Shown here: positions 9,288 to 20,200 of the stretch, piece after piece | Layout: each line of letters begins with the position of its first letter | Numbering within the stretch: the stretch's first letter is position 1 | IMG/VR virus record: IMGVR_UViG_3300044591_001876 | Location: 11,134 to 75,133 of that record | Length of the DNA stretch: 64,000 nucleotides | Direction: 5' to 3' (one strand) | DNA from: a virus | Taxonomy: Duplodnaviria; Heunggongvirae; Uroviricota; Caudoviricetes | The notes under the pieces: generated by a model | Database searches by the model: none | Seen by the model: only the letters and a program-made list of their open reading frames with translations | What the model was told of the DNA's origin: nothing | Translations under genes and position numbers: made by a program

Positions 9288-9804
9288 AGAATTTTTTAGA
9301 TTAATCGAAGGACGATTCGAAAACAAAATCCAAGCATTTTCTAACCCAAGCAAGTATGCCTTTATTAGGGTAACCCATGTGAACTTGGGTGGTGGTTTGA
9401 TTTATGGAGAACAAGCATACAATTATCAGTTAAACAAACCTTATCGTCAGTTTGTTCTTCAGCCCAAAGAAGAAAACGGACAAATTCATATCTATAATTA
9501 TGAATTGATTGATAAAGAAAACTATACTGGTTTTAAAAGGCTTGACGAAATCGACCAGGATGTGCTAAAATTAAAAAGTGGTTGTGACGTGTTCATGACT
9601 CCCAAAAACAATTCCTTCGTGGGTGGTATCCAGGGATGTAATTGTATGGTAGACTGGAATGGTCGTCAAACCTACCTCCAAAACGAAATTGAGATAACAC
9701 CAACTCATTATTACGTTATGGATCGTGGATTCTGTGCTGAACATAAGCATCAGCTTTGGGGTTCTAAATACGGTAGGTTTGAATTTGTTAGAATGCCTGA
9801 GTAG
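9280..9804 (+). CDS. cpeT: Phycobilin lyase CpeT/CpcT family (cyanophage auxiliary metabolic gene)
   Basis: Start taken at ATG 9280 (track lists 9241); IEGRFENKIQAFSNPSKYAFIRVTH...GGGLIYGEQAY...PYRQFVL matches CpcT/CpeT (DUF1001) signature. Confidence 0.7.
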   Translation: MIKEFFRLIEGRFENKIQAFSNPSKYAFIRVTHVNLGGGLIYGEQAYNYQLNKPYRQFVLQPKEENGQIHIYNYELIDKENYTGFKRLDEIDQDVLKLKSGCDVFMTPKNNSFVGGIQGCNCMVDWNGRQTYLQNEIEITPTHYYVMDRGFCAEHKHQLWGSKYGRFEFVRMPE

Positions 9805-9868
9805 CTCAGCTGGATAGAGCAACGGTTTTGTAAACCGTAGGTCGTCGGTTCAAGTCCGACCTTAGGCT
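9795..9868 (+). tRNA. tRNA-Thr (anticodon UGU)
   Basis: Acceptor GCCTGAG/CTTAGGC, D-arm GCTC-AGCTGGATA-GAGC, anticodon stem ACGGT/ACCGT with loop TTTGTAA, T-arm GTCGG-TTCAAGT-CCGAC; overlaps last 10 nt of cpeT. Confidence 0.8.
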
Positions 9869-9961
9869 CTCGCTTTCACATGGACTGGAAATATCTGGTC
9901 GTAGTGATAGCGTTCAATGTAGGAACCAAAACCTCTCCTTGGTCTTAGTATTCTGTGTCCA

Positions 9962-9998
9962 AGTGAAGTAAAGAGGGGGGCTTAAGGTGATGCTCCCC
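9962..9998 (+). other. Strong G6/C6 hairpin (GAGGGGGG-14 nt loop-CCCCCCTC) in non-coding tRNA-cluster spacer
   Basis: 8-bp perfect inverted repeat; no T-run after it on either strand. Confidence 0.4.
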
Positions 9999-10054
9999 CC
10001 TCCTACCACAACTTCTGGTAGTCTATTGGTAAGGACGGGTGGACAACACACATG

Positions 10055-10084
10055 GAAACTAGGTTCGATTCCTAGACAGAGGAA
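10055..10084 (+). pseudogene. tRNA-like T-arm/acceptor 3' remnant (possible degenerate tRNA)
   Basis: CTAGG-TTCGATT-CCTAG perfect T-arm, but no complementary 5' acceptor or anticodon arm found within 90 nt upstream. Confidence 0.25.
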
Positions 10085-10201
10085 ATAAGGTAAGGAAAGT
10101 AAAAGGAGCATGGGAACCGTATGGAGATACCGCACCTGCCTTGTTAACACCCCTCAAGCCTATCTCGGGACGCCGAATGATGCTCAAACAGAGGGGTCAC
10201 T

Positions 10202-10281
10202 GCCCAAGTGGTGAAATTGGTATACACGCATGACTTAGGATCATGTGCTTCGGCGTGGAGGTTCGAGTCCTCTCTTGGGCA
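10202..10281 (+). tRNA. tRNA-Leu (anticodon UAG), class II
   Basis: Acceptor GCCCAAG/CTTGGGC perfect, D-arm GTG-AAATTGGTATA-CAC, anticodon stem CATGA/TCATG with loop CTTAGGA, 11-nt variable arm, T-arm GGAGG-TTCGAGT-CCTCT. Confidence 0.75.
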
Positions 10282-10282
10282 C

Positions 10283-10302
10283 TTCGGATTACAAATCCGA
10301 AA
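10283..10302 (+). other. 8-bp hairpin (TTCGGATT-ACAA-AATCCGAA) just after tRNA-Leu
   Basis: Perfect inverted repeat; followed by A-run rather than T-run, so not a classical terminator. Confidence 0.3.
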
Positions 10303-10320
10303 TTCAAAAACTAAATACAT

Positions 10321-10367
10321 GAAATCGGGAAAAAAATTCCCGGTAAAAAATCGTCAAAAAAGTTGAG
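10321..10367 (+). promoter_or_regulatory. Conserved intergenic element copy B
   Basis: ~85% identical to 8086-8132; GTTGAGGG end doubles as RBS for the 47-aa ORF at 10376. Confidence 0.4.
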
Positions 10368-10375
10368 GGTAAAAA

Positions 10376-10519
10376 ATGAGCTTACTTTCTAAGAAAGACC
10401 ATGAAATGGTCATCGAGGCACTAGAAACCCTAATCCAAACAAAGGAGGAATCTGACGATAAATTTGAATACTATAATTTACTTAATTGGGTAAAATTGAA
10501 GCAAAAAGACAAATTCTGA
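10376..10519 (+). CDS. Small acidic protein (47 aa), hypothetical
   Basis: ATG 10376 with GAGGG RBS; MSLLSKKDHEMVIEALETLIQTKEE...; below ORF-track cutoff. Confidence 0.3.
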   Translation: MSLLSKKDHEMVIEALETLIQTKEESDDKFEYYNLLNWVKLKQKDKF

Positions 10520-10526
10520 CTTAATC

Positions 10527-10943
10527 ATGTCACTTCTTGAAATTCTATTCAATGAAAAATCTGAAATAGCTGTACAAACCAGAGTTTGTAGGTATTGTAA
10601 AAAAGAAAAACCATTAACTAAAGATTTCTATCACAGAAATCATTCTACCCAAAATGGTTTTAGATATGAATGTAAAGAATGTAGAAAACCGGGAGGTGTT
10701 AAAGACCCTTCAGCTTCTAAGAAATTGAAGAAAAAATATAATCTAAAAACACCACTCCTAGGCACTCCTTGTGCTTGTTGTGGAAAAACTGATCAACTGC
10801 TGGTTTGTGATCATATTCATGGAACTGAAACCATTCGTGGTTTTATTTGTGATAATTGTAATGTTGGTATTGGGAGACTTGGTGATAGTATTGAAGGCGT
10901 AAAAAAGGCACTTAATTATCTTGAGGGAAATTATTTGACATAA
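10527..10943 (+). CDS. Endonuclease VII-like HNH nuclease with N-terminal Cys4 zinc ribbon (possible homing/mobile endonuclease)
   Basis: CACCGKTDQLLVCDHIHGTETIRGFICDNCNVGIGRL matches Endonuclease_7 motif (C.CG..L.VDHDH.TG.vRG.LC..CN..lG); N-term CRYCKKEKPLTKDFY...GFRYECKEC Zn ribbon; sits inside tRNA cluster. Confidence 0.65.
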   Translation: MSLLEILFNEKSEIAVQTRVCRYCKKEKPLTKDFYHRNHSTQNGFRYECKECRKPGGVKDPSASKKLKKKYNLKTPLLGTPCACCGKTDQLLVCDHIHGTETIRGFICDNCNVGIGRLGDSIEGVKKALNYLEGNYLT

Positions 10944-10946
10944 CAA

Positions 10947-11018
10947 TGGAGTGTAGCTCAGTGGTAGAGCGGTCGGCTGTTAACCGATTGGTCGTAGGTT
11001 CGAATCCCACCACTCCAG
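10947..11018 (+). tRNA. tRNA-Asn (anticodon GUU)
   Basis: Acceptor TGGAGTG/CACTCCA perfect, D-arm GCTC-AGTGGTA-GAGC, anticodon stem GTCGG/CCGAT with loop CTGTTAA, T-loop TTCGAAT; starts 4 nt after nuclease stop. Confidence 0.75.
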
Positions 11019-11021
11019 TTT

Positions 11022-11104
11022 GGGTAGGTGTCCGAGTGGTTTAAGGAACCTGACTGTAAATCAGGCGGCTCTGTCCAACGTTGGTTCAAATCCAACCCTG
11101 CCCA
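11022..11104 (+). tRNA. tRNA-Tyr (anticodon GUA), class II
   Basis: Acceptor GGGTAGG/CCTGCCC (one G-U), anticodon stem CCTGA/TCAGG with loop CTGTAAA, 14-nt variable arm, T-arm GTTGG-TTCAAAT-CCAAC. Confidence 0.75.
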
Positions 11105-11144
11105 TTGGCGATACTGCCAAACCAGAATCCCTTCCGTGTGCTTT

Positions 11145-11174
11145 AAAACCTCTCCTTCGGGAGGGGTTTTATTG
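11145..11174 (+). terminator. Rho-independent terminator closing the tRNA cluster
   Basis: AAAACCTCTCC-TTCG-GGAGGGGTTTT: 11-bp stem with UUCG tetraloop followed by T-run. Confidence 0.7.
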
Positions 11175-11182
11175 TATAAATA
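11175..11182 (+). promoter_or_regulatory. T4-type late promoter (TATAAATA, exact consensus)
   Basis: TATAAATA 36 nt upstream of ATG 11219 of the giant ORF. Confidence 0.6.
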
Positions 11183-11218
11183 CTCGTAAGAAGAAAGCAC
11201 ACATAGGTCTGGGTAATT

Positions 11219-14200
11219 ATGGCTCTTACAAGACTTGATAATCTGTATTCAAGCAAAACTGGTAAATATCTATATGTTTCTCCAGACGATTTTAATGCTA
11301 CTGATGAATTAGATAATAGAGGTAATTCTCCTCTACGTCCATTCAAAACAATTCAAAGAGCCTTTATTGAAGTAGCAAGATATTCGTATCTTCCTGGTCA
11401 AGATAACGATAGATTTGACCAGTTTAGCATCATGTTGATGCCTGGCGATCACTACATTGACAACAGACCTGGATTAATTGAAGTTGATCGTGGCGAAAAG
11501 CAACGCTATTTTGATGCCAAAGAACTTATTATTGCAAATAGACAAGAAATTATTGATAGAGCATTTGGCGAAATTGCCATCGAATATGATGAAGCTGCCT
11601 GGGGTACTGATTGGGTAGTTCCTGGCGATCCTATTAATAGCGATTTGAACAGAGGATTTGACTCATACCGTCTGATTCAAAAAAATCGTCAAGAAATTGT
11701 TGACGGTGCTTTTGCTCAAATTGCTATTACACACCCGACTTTTACAAATCCAAATTCAGCTAAATGCCAGCGTGATATTGGATATTTTGTTGATGCAGTA
11801 TCTTTGGATGTATTGCTAGGTGGTGGAAATCGTTATACACGTAAGTTTTTACAAAATTATTTTAATAATTCTGGAACTGCTTGGATCGATAATGGTCTTC
11901 AGGGAGAAGAAGCAGAATCTACTACAGCATTTAATAAAGCCAGAGATTTGATGAAGGCTGCTGTAGCGAATCAGCTAACATTTAAAGATCTGACACTCAC
12001 TATTGATCCTCTTACTGGTTCGAATACAACTGTTAATTCATGTGCTAACATTCAAACTACAATTGCCACTCTTACAGCAATTGTCACAGATGTAATTAAT
12101 GATGGCAATTTAGAATATCTTCCTGAAGAGACTATCGAAACAATCGGTCTTGGTGAATCTAAGTGTAAAAGAGATATTGGTTATATTGTTGATGCTGTTG
12201 CTGCTGACCTCGCTAATGGCGGAAATGCCAATATTGTGGCTGCTGCCAAATCATATTTTACAAAAGAAGGTCTTCCTATTTCGAATGGTCTTTTAGGAGA
12301 AGAAGCACAATCTGTTATTGCTTTTAATGCTGCTAAAGTAATGATGAAAAAAGCTGTAACCAATCAGCTTTATTCTAAAGATCTGAATATTCTTTCTGGT
12401 CCAGCTGTTTATAATTCTGGTGGTCCAGTAGTTCCAAATCTACCATCAGGTAATGTTGCCACTTGTGTCGATGTTCAAGCAACTATTGATACTTTAATCG
12501 GTATTATAACGACTGCTATTTCTGATGGAGACATCACAAGTCTTGCTAATGTTCAAATTACAGGAGACATTCCTGTATTTAATTACAACAGAGCACTTGA
12601 AGAGTGGCAAGACAACTCAATTCTTGATCTTAGCAATCCAGATAACGTTCTATACAAATTTAACGCTTCTACTGGTGGTGCTATCGTTCCTAGAGGTTGT
12701 TCTCTAATCGGTTATGATCTTCGTAGAACAATTGTACGTCCTCTCTATGTACCCGATCCTGCTGACGGAACACAAGAAAGAACTTCGATCTTTAATCTAA
12801 CTGGTGGTTGCTATATTTGGCAGTTTACTATTAAAGATGGTGATCTTTCTGAGAATTCTCCTTTATATGACAACAACGATAAAGTAGGTAAGGTTTATTT
12901 CCAAAAGGGTAACAATACTCAATTAGCAATTCCTGAGTATTCTCACCACAAGATTACTATCATGACTTATGCCGATCTAGATGATCTAGATCTGTATTAC
13001 AATAAAGTCGCTACTGCTTTCGCTTTATTCCAACCAACAATTGATGATGGTGATTTAGAAGCATTACCACAAGAAAATAGAATTGTTGGTCCTCTTTCTG
13101 ACACTAGAAGTATTGTAAATATTCGTCTTAAGCAGTCAACAAATCCATCCAGAACTACGATTGTAGCTACTACTAAAATTGCTCATGGATATTTTGTAAA
13201 CCAGTATGTTGCTATTGTAGATAACGGTCTTAATGATCTACTAAATGGTACTTTTAAAGTAACTGCTGTTGATCAAGAAGATCCAAGAATATTTGAGTAT
13301 CAAGTTGCTACTACACCAGCAATTTTAGGTCTTGATATTAATGAAAACGGATACAGCAATTCAACAACTCCATCATTAAATCTTAGCGCCAGAGCACAAG
13401 CAGAAATTGACTCCGTAGAATCTGCTTCGCCATACGTATTCAACTGCTCGATTAGATCCACCTGGGGTCAGTGTGGTATGTGGGCGGATGGATCTAAGGC
13501 AACTGGATTCAAGTCGATGGTTGTTGCCCAGTATACGGGTGTTTCTCTACAAAGAGATGATAGAGCGTTTATTCGCTATGATGAATTTAGTAATACTTGG
13601 AATCAGGCGTCACTTGTAGATGCTTTTGCTACAATTCCTTATCACAGCAAAGGTGATGCTTACTGGAAAGATGACTGGAGAAACTTCCACATTCGTGCTT
13701 CAGATGATGCTTTCATTCAGTGTGTTTCGGTATTCGCTGTAGGCTTCTTTGATCACTTCTTAATGGAATCTGGTGGTGACATGTCCATCACCAACTCCAA
13801 CTCCAACTTCGGTAACACTTCACTTCATGCTGTAGGATTTAAAGGATTCTCATTCAACCAGGATAAGGGTGGTTATATTACTGATATTATTCCTGTAAAG
13901 GAGATTGATGACAGTGCTTTTAACGAAGTAGAACTAAAGTACTATTCAATTGCTTTACAAGTATCAAAAGATGTAGCCAATCAAACCAAACTTTATTATG
14001 GTAGCGATGATTCCTATGATCCATTTGATAGACCATCTACATCAATTAGTGGATATAGACTAGGTGCTAAAACAGATGAAAAGATTTATCTTAAGTTAAA
14101 ATCACCTGCCGGAACTACGGAAGAATACTTCTCTTCAGTTACACCAAACGGATTTAAAAAGTATACTGTTTCGTTAGAAACTTTAAATCCAGATGGTATT

Positions 14201-17200
14201 TCAATTGATAATAGAGCACAGGATGCTTCAAATATCATTGAAACTAATAAAACATTCATTCAGCAAGAAGCATACGGATATATCACACAAAAGTATCCAA
14301 ATCTTCTAACAAATACTAACATCGAAATTTCTACATGTGAAAGAGACATTGGTTATTTTGTTGATGCTGTAATTCAAGATTTACGTCTTGGTGGCAATAT
14401 TAACACTATTCAAGCTGCCGAAGGTTATTATATTGGCGGTCAATTAGCATACATTTCTAATGAATTAAACGAAACAATAGAAGCTCTTGATTACGTCAAG
14501 AATCTTTGTATTTCGACGATGAGAAATTATGATTATCTCATCAGAAATTGTGTAACGACACAGGGTTCTGCTATTGTCGATATTGGTGACACAAGTGGAA
14601 TCTTGATTGGAATGAAAGTAACCCAGTATGATTACAATCTAATTAATTTTACTGATGGTAAATTGAATCCTGGTGCTACACCAGTACAGTTAAACCCAGT
14701 TATTCCTAATAACGTATATGTTAAGAAAATTATTGATGCTAACAGAATTGAGCTAGGTAATCTTGGCAGTAAATTAGAACAAGGTTTGTCTGTCCCAGCA
14801 AACTTAAATTCTTCTTCTGCTTATCTATACTTTGAATTACCAAAAACAACATCAATTGTAGATAGCGATTCTAATCTTGTTGGTTCTTGGGCAGCGACTC
14901 CAGCTAAAAAAGATAATACTTTAATACAAGATACCAGCACTTGGGGTCCTACTGCTGGCAATGGCTATCCTGAGTGTTCTGGTGTTGCTACTATTATTCA
15001 GGAGTATTTTGTAAATATATTCTTGATTCTTAATCAAGGTTTAACTCCTCTTGGCGGTAAAGAAGTTGATGCTTCCAATTTAATTCTTGCTAATAAGAAT
15101 TTAATCGCTGAGGAAGCAGTTGATAGAATGCTTATTGCTAACCCAGGATTTGTAGTTCCTGGTGGCAATCAACAATGTACTGATGACGTTAAATTAATTA
15201 TTGATGCTATTGCTTATAATATTAAGTACGGCGGTAATAGTAGAGTTTATGATGCTGCTAGAGTATATGTACTTCAGCCTAATTTACTTAATGGAGAAAG
15301 AACTCAGGCTGTTCAAGTTTATACTCAAGTAAGAGATCTTGCTATCCAGGCAATGAGAAATCAGGTGATTACTATTCAAGGTGATCACAATTTAACTCAG
15401 TACATCGATAATACTGTTATTGGTGATCTTTCTGGTCAAGCTGGAGTCTATGATTCAGCTAATGATTGTGCTGATATTGCTAGCACAATTACTACATTTA
15501 ATGGTATTATTACTGGAGCTATTGGTACTGACGCTGATCCAGGTGATCTTGTTGGAATTACCAGAACTGAACCAGAATTTAATAATGTAACTCGTGTAGA
15601 ACCAGTTGTCGATACTGCTAATCTTGCTTCTAGAGCAACACTATTCACTGTTAATGTTGGTGGTGGTACTTCAAACCCACACAATTTTGAAACAGGAACT
15701 GCTGTTCGTCTTGTTCCTAAAGCAAGAGAAAGTACGAATCCAGATAAGAGAGTTATTCGTCTCCCAAGAGGATTCCAAACTAACACAGTTTATTATGTAA
15801 TTGCTCCAGGAAGAAGCACTTCACCAGAAGATTATTCTGATGAAACAACATATCCAAACACGTTTGGTCCTGATGAATCTACCAAGATCATGCTTGCTAG
15901 GACTAAAGAAAATGCTGCTGCTGGTATTTACATCTATTCGTCAGAAACAGATTCTGTAGACGAAGAAGTAGAAATTGAACTTCAGCAGTATGTTCTTGAT
16001 GAAACTTATGATCTACATCAATACCTATGTAACTTTATTACTGGTCAAACTGATGTAATTCAGACAGATGTACCACACGTTTTTGATGTCCCTTCTACAT
16101 TAAATACAGTACATAAAGTTTTCTTTAGATCATTTGGTGATCCTAGTGAATCAGAATTGCCACAAATTACTAGCGGTGGCATAACAGAGCCAATTGATAC
16201 TAACACATATTACTATGCTAGATTTGTTACACCAAAAACTTTCGCTCTTTTCTATACTCCAACTGAAGCAATTTCTGGTACTCCTAGAATCACTTTTACT
16301 GCTGGATTTGGTAAGAATTTCTATGTATTCTCGGATAAGAGAGAAAGCCCAGTAAAATTTGATGCTACTTTAGTAAATGCTGATACTACTACTGGTCAAT
16401 GGTATATTAACACCAAGAATGAAATTAGCAATCAATTTAATATTATTAGAAGAATTCAAGAACTTGGCGATACCTTAAAAGATGCTAGAAGTAAGAACAC
16501 TTTCTACAGAAGACTTAGAGATAATAGAACAGCTCAAGACAGAATTTATCGTTTAAGATATGTAATTCCTGAGTATGCTCAAGGTGTTCGTGATCCTCTC
16601 AATGGATTTGTTCTTAAAGCAAGAACTGACGAAACAAGAAGACTTCTCCCACAAAAAATTGTTTTAGCTCCTGTTGCTGTTGGATCTCCTAATCTTGCTT
16701 ATTTTGAAATTCAATTACAGCAACCAACTGGCGGAACAATCGCCCAGCAATTAGGATTACCTAAATCTCAGTTAGATCTTAATTTTGAATATGATCCATA
16801 CAACATTAATCAAGTAAAAGTAATTGATAGTGATAAAACACAAAGTAAAGTATCATTTAGCATTCAATCTGCTAGACAAGTTAATGTAAATGGAACAAAT
16901 CTTATTGAGTTAACTGTATTTGATTACGGAATTACCAACGATCAGTTGAGAAATGAGAAATTCACTACGGTCAAAATTGATGCTCCTCAAGGGGGAACTT
17001 TCCGATTTAATACATTAAACAGTGTATCAAATAATAGAATTACTTGGTCTGGTTTTTCTGCTGGTTCTGGCTACCTACAAGGTTACTTTAATGTAGATGG
17101 AACTGATGAACATTACTTAATCATCAAAAATATTGATGATAATAAGAGAATTGAGTATAATTCACTTATTGATACTGTATTCACTCAACCTGTTCTTGAC

Positions 17201-20200
17201 ATTGATGGAGAACCAGTATTTGATGGTGATGGAAATGCCGTATTGATTTTTGCTTTTCTACAAGCCAAAGAAAACAGCGTAGGAAGTGTAAACAATTCAT
17301 TAAGTAAATCTGATAGAAAAGATTATCTATACAGCATTAAGGATTCTAATGTTCTTACAATAACTCCTGGTGATATTATTGAAGATGATGACAGCACTCA
17401 ATATAGAGTTATATCAGTTGAGGATGCTGGTCAAATTGAAGATTCTTTCTACATCTTTGATATTGATGAAATCCAAAGACGTATTCCTAATCAGCAAGCT
17501 GGTATTTACTACCTAACTTGCCTTAAAGGTAATATCTCGCCATTCCCAACTGGACCTGGAGTTGGTACTAACTTTAGAAACTTTAAGTTTAGTCAGCCAA
17601 TTTCTCAACTGTATCCATTAGATTATAAGAATGATCCTCTGTGGTTCCAGGTAAGAGCAGATGGTTCTAGAGATACTTCTATTGTAGACGTTCCTCCAAC
17701 CATTTGTGCTGCTGATAACTTTGTTCATGGTTTAGTAACAACTAACGATTCTAAGAACAGTGAAACTAAAGAAGTTGTTTTAGATTTTATTAATAATCCT
17801 GCTTTAAACAGATATGATTACGTAGTTAATCCTATTGCTGCTCAAGCAGGAAATGCTACTTCTGGTTCTGAGGATAGATTAATTCCTATCTCTGGTGATT
17901 CTCCATACCCAACTGAAGGTAGACTATATGTAGAACTTCGTAGACCATCTATTGCTCGTTCTGGCAACCACACCTTCGAATATCTAGGTTTTGGTCCTGG
18001 TAACTACTCAACTGGTTTCCCACTAAGACAAGAAGTTGTTCTTTCCGATATTCAGGATTTCTATGCTCAATCTAAGAAAGAAGATGGTGGTATTGTATTC
18101 TATACTGGTCTAAACTCCAACGGTGACCTTTATATTGGTAACCGTAAAATTAATGCTATTACTGGTGAAGAGACATATTTAGAAAGGGCTCAATTAATTT
18201 CATCCGATGATGAAACAGATGATTTGGGTGGTCTAGTTACTACGTTCGAACTCCCTGTTGTATTTGAAAAAGATATTACTGTAGATGGCAATGCTAACTT
18301 TAATAATCCAGTAACAATTAATGTAGAACCATCTGAACCATTTGCTCTAACTGTTGTATCTAATTTAAATTCTTCCGCTGGTGAAGATGTAACATTAGAT
18401 AGTGCCACGTTTGCTTTAAGTGACATTCCTTCGGAAGGTAATATTGTATTGAGTAAAAATAATATTTACTCTGCCATATTTACTTTAAATCCACGAGGTA
18501 ACACTGCTTTAAGTGGTCAAAATTACAGCATTAGAACTCATGTAAACCAAACAAACGGCAATATTCCTTCCAATTACACTCCAAATCAAGAATTAAGCAC
18601 TCTTGGATTGAATGTAACATTTGGATCTGCTTCTCCTACTCCAGGTGATATTCTTCTAAAAGGAGCCCAAGTAGACAAAACTGGATCACTTGGATGGATT
18701 TACAGTAATTTCTATGATTTAATTACATCCAATGTATTCACTGTAACTGCTTTAGGTTCAAATATTGTTCAGTTTACACTTCAGGTAGGCGTAACAAATA
18801 GTCAAATTGGTATTACTCAAGGTTCTAAATTAAAAATTGGTGGATTTACTGGAAGATATGCTAATTTAAATGGTCTTAGAACTGTTGGCACTGTCACCAC
18901 AAATACATTCCAAGTAATCTCGCCGTTTATTATTTCCACCAGTGTCGATGATCCTACTATCATTCCAGCTGGATGGAGTATTGAAATTTCTAGAAATTCC
19001 TGGAAAGAATTTGGTGTTCTTGGAGCGGAAACTTTAAGAACAAATACACAAAATTATGGAGATTTTAAACTTGGTATTAATACTCTTGCTAGAGCAAAAC
19101 ATGGCACTGACGGAGATCAATTAACTGGTTTTGTTTCTCAAGCAGTCGATCCTAGAGCTAATCTAGATATCGTTGGTAATGCCTTTATTAGTGGCAGAAC
19201 TTTAAGTACTTCTCCAAACAACTTTATTAACAATCCTCTATTATCAAATAGAACATTTAATAAAGTTGATCATGCTTTTATTGTTGGATTTGATCCAAAA
19301 ACAAATGCTCCTCAAGATGAAGTTGTTCTAAGAGTTGCTTCCACAACTATAGGAACTGCTTCAAATGCTGGTGGAAGAATTGGTATCAACACCACGTTAT
19401 CTGAGTTGGATAGAAACTTTGTTGTTAAAGGTAACGCTAGAATTACTAATGATCTTAAGTTAGAATCTAATCTAGCAATTAACGGTGGATCATTAACAAC
19501 TACAAGTACATCGTTTAATATTCTTGATACTATTGCCACAGATGTAAACGCTTTCAGTGTTGCTGAAGAGTTAAACATTGCTAATATTACTAATGAAAAT
19601 CAATTAATCAACATTGGTAATGTATCAAACACTCAAGAATTTAACATTGGTAGATTTGTTCAAACTAGCCAGTTGTGGATTCATAGTAACTCTACTAATT
19701 CTTTAGTCGATATTGGTACTGTAAGTGAATCTAGTGCTAATACTAGTATTATTAGAATGGGTGGTGCTTTTGGAAAACTTAGTAACGTAGAAAGCTTATT
19801 TAAAATCAGGAACCGTTATACTGAAATTGATGGTAATCTATCAATCGGTACTTACAATCCACCAGGAACAGGTTTCTCGGAATTCCAAACTAATTCTAGA
19901 GAAGTTGAAATGTTCAGCAGAAACATTTCAACACTTGATTTTGCTACATCAGTAACAAGATTAAACATTGGTGGTGCTGGTGGTTTCACCACAATCAATA
20001 ATACTCTGGTAGTGAAAAATGCTGCTGAGGTTAATGGTGATATTACATTAATTGGTGGATTGAACGCTGGAGCGTTTACGGTAAGGAGAGGTTCTTTCGG
20101 AACTCCAACTACTATACATGTAAGAGGAAATATTGATCTCCTAAACGTCGATATTTTCAAAAAAGTAATCATCCAAAGAACTATTGATACTCAAGGATTA

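Noticed and set aside
10283-10302. Hairpin after tRNA-Leu as a terminator
   Set aside because: Followed by an A-run, not a T-run, on the + strand, and there are no minus-strand genes. More likely a processing structure.
11020-11346. ORFs 11020-11238 (+) and 11143-11346 (-)
   Set aside because: They overlap tRNA-Tyr, the terminator and the late promoter. Not coding.
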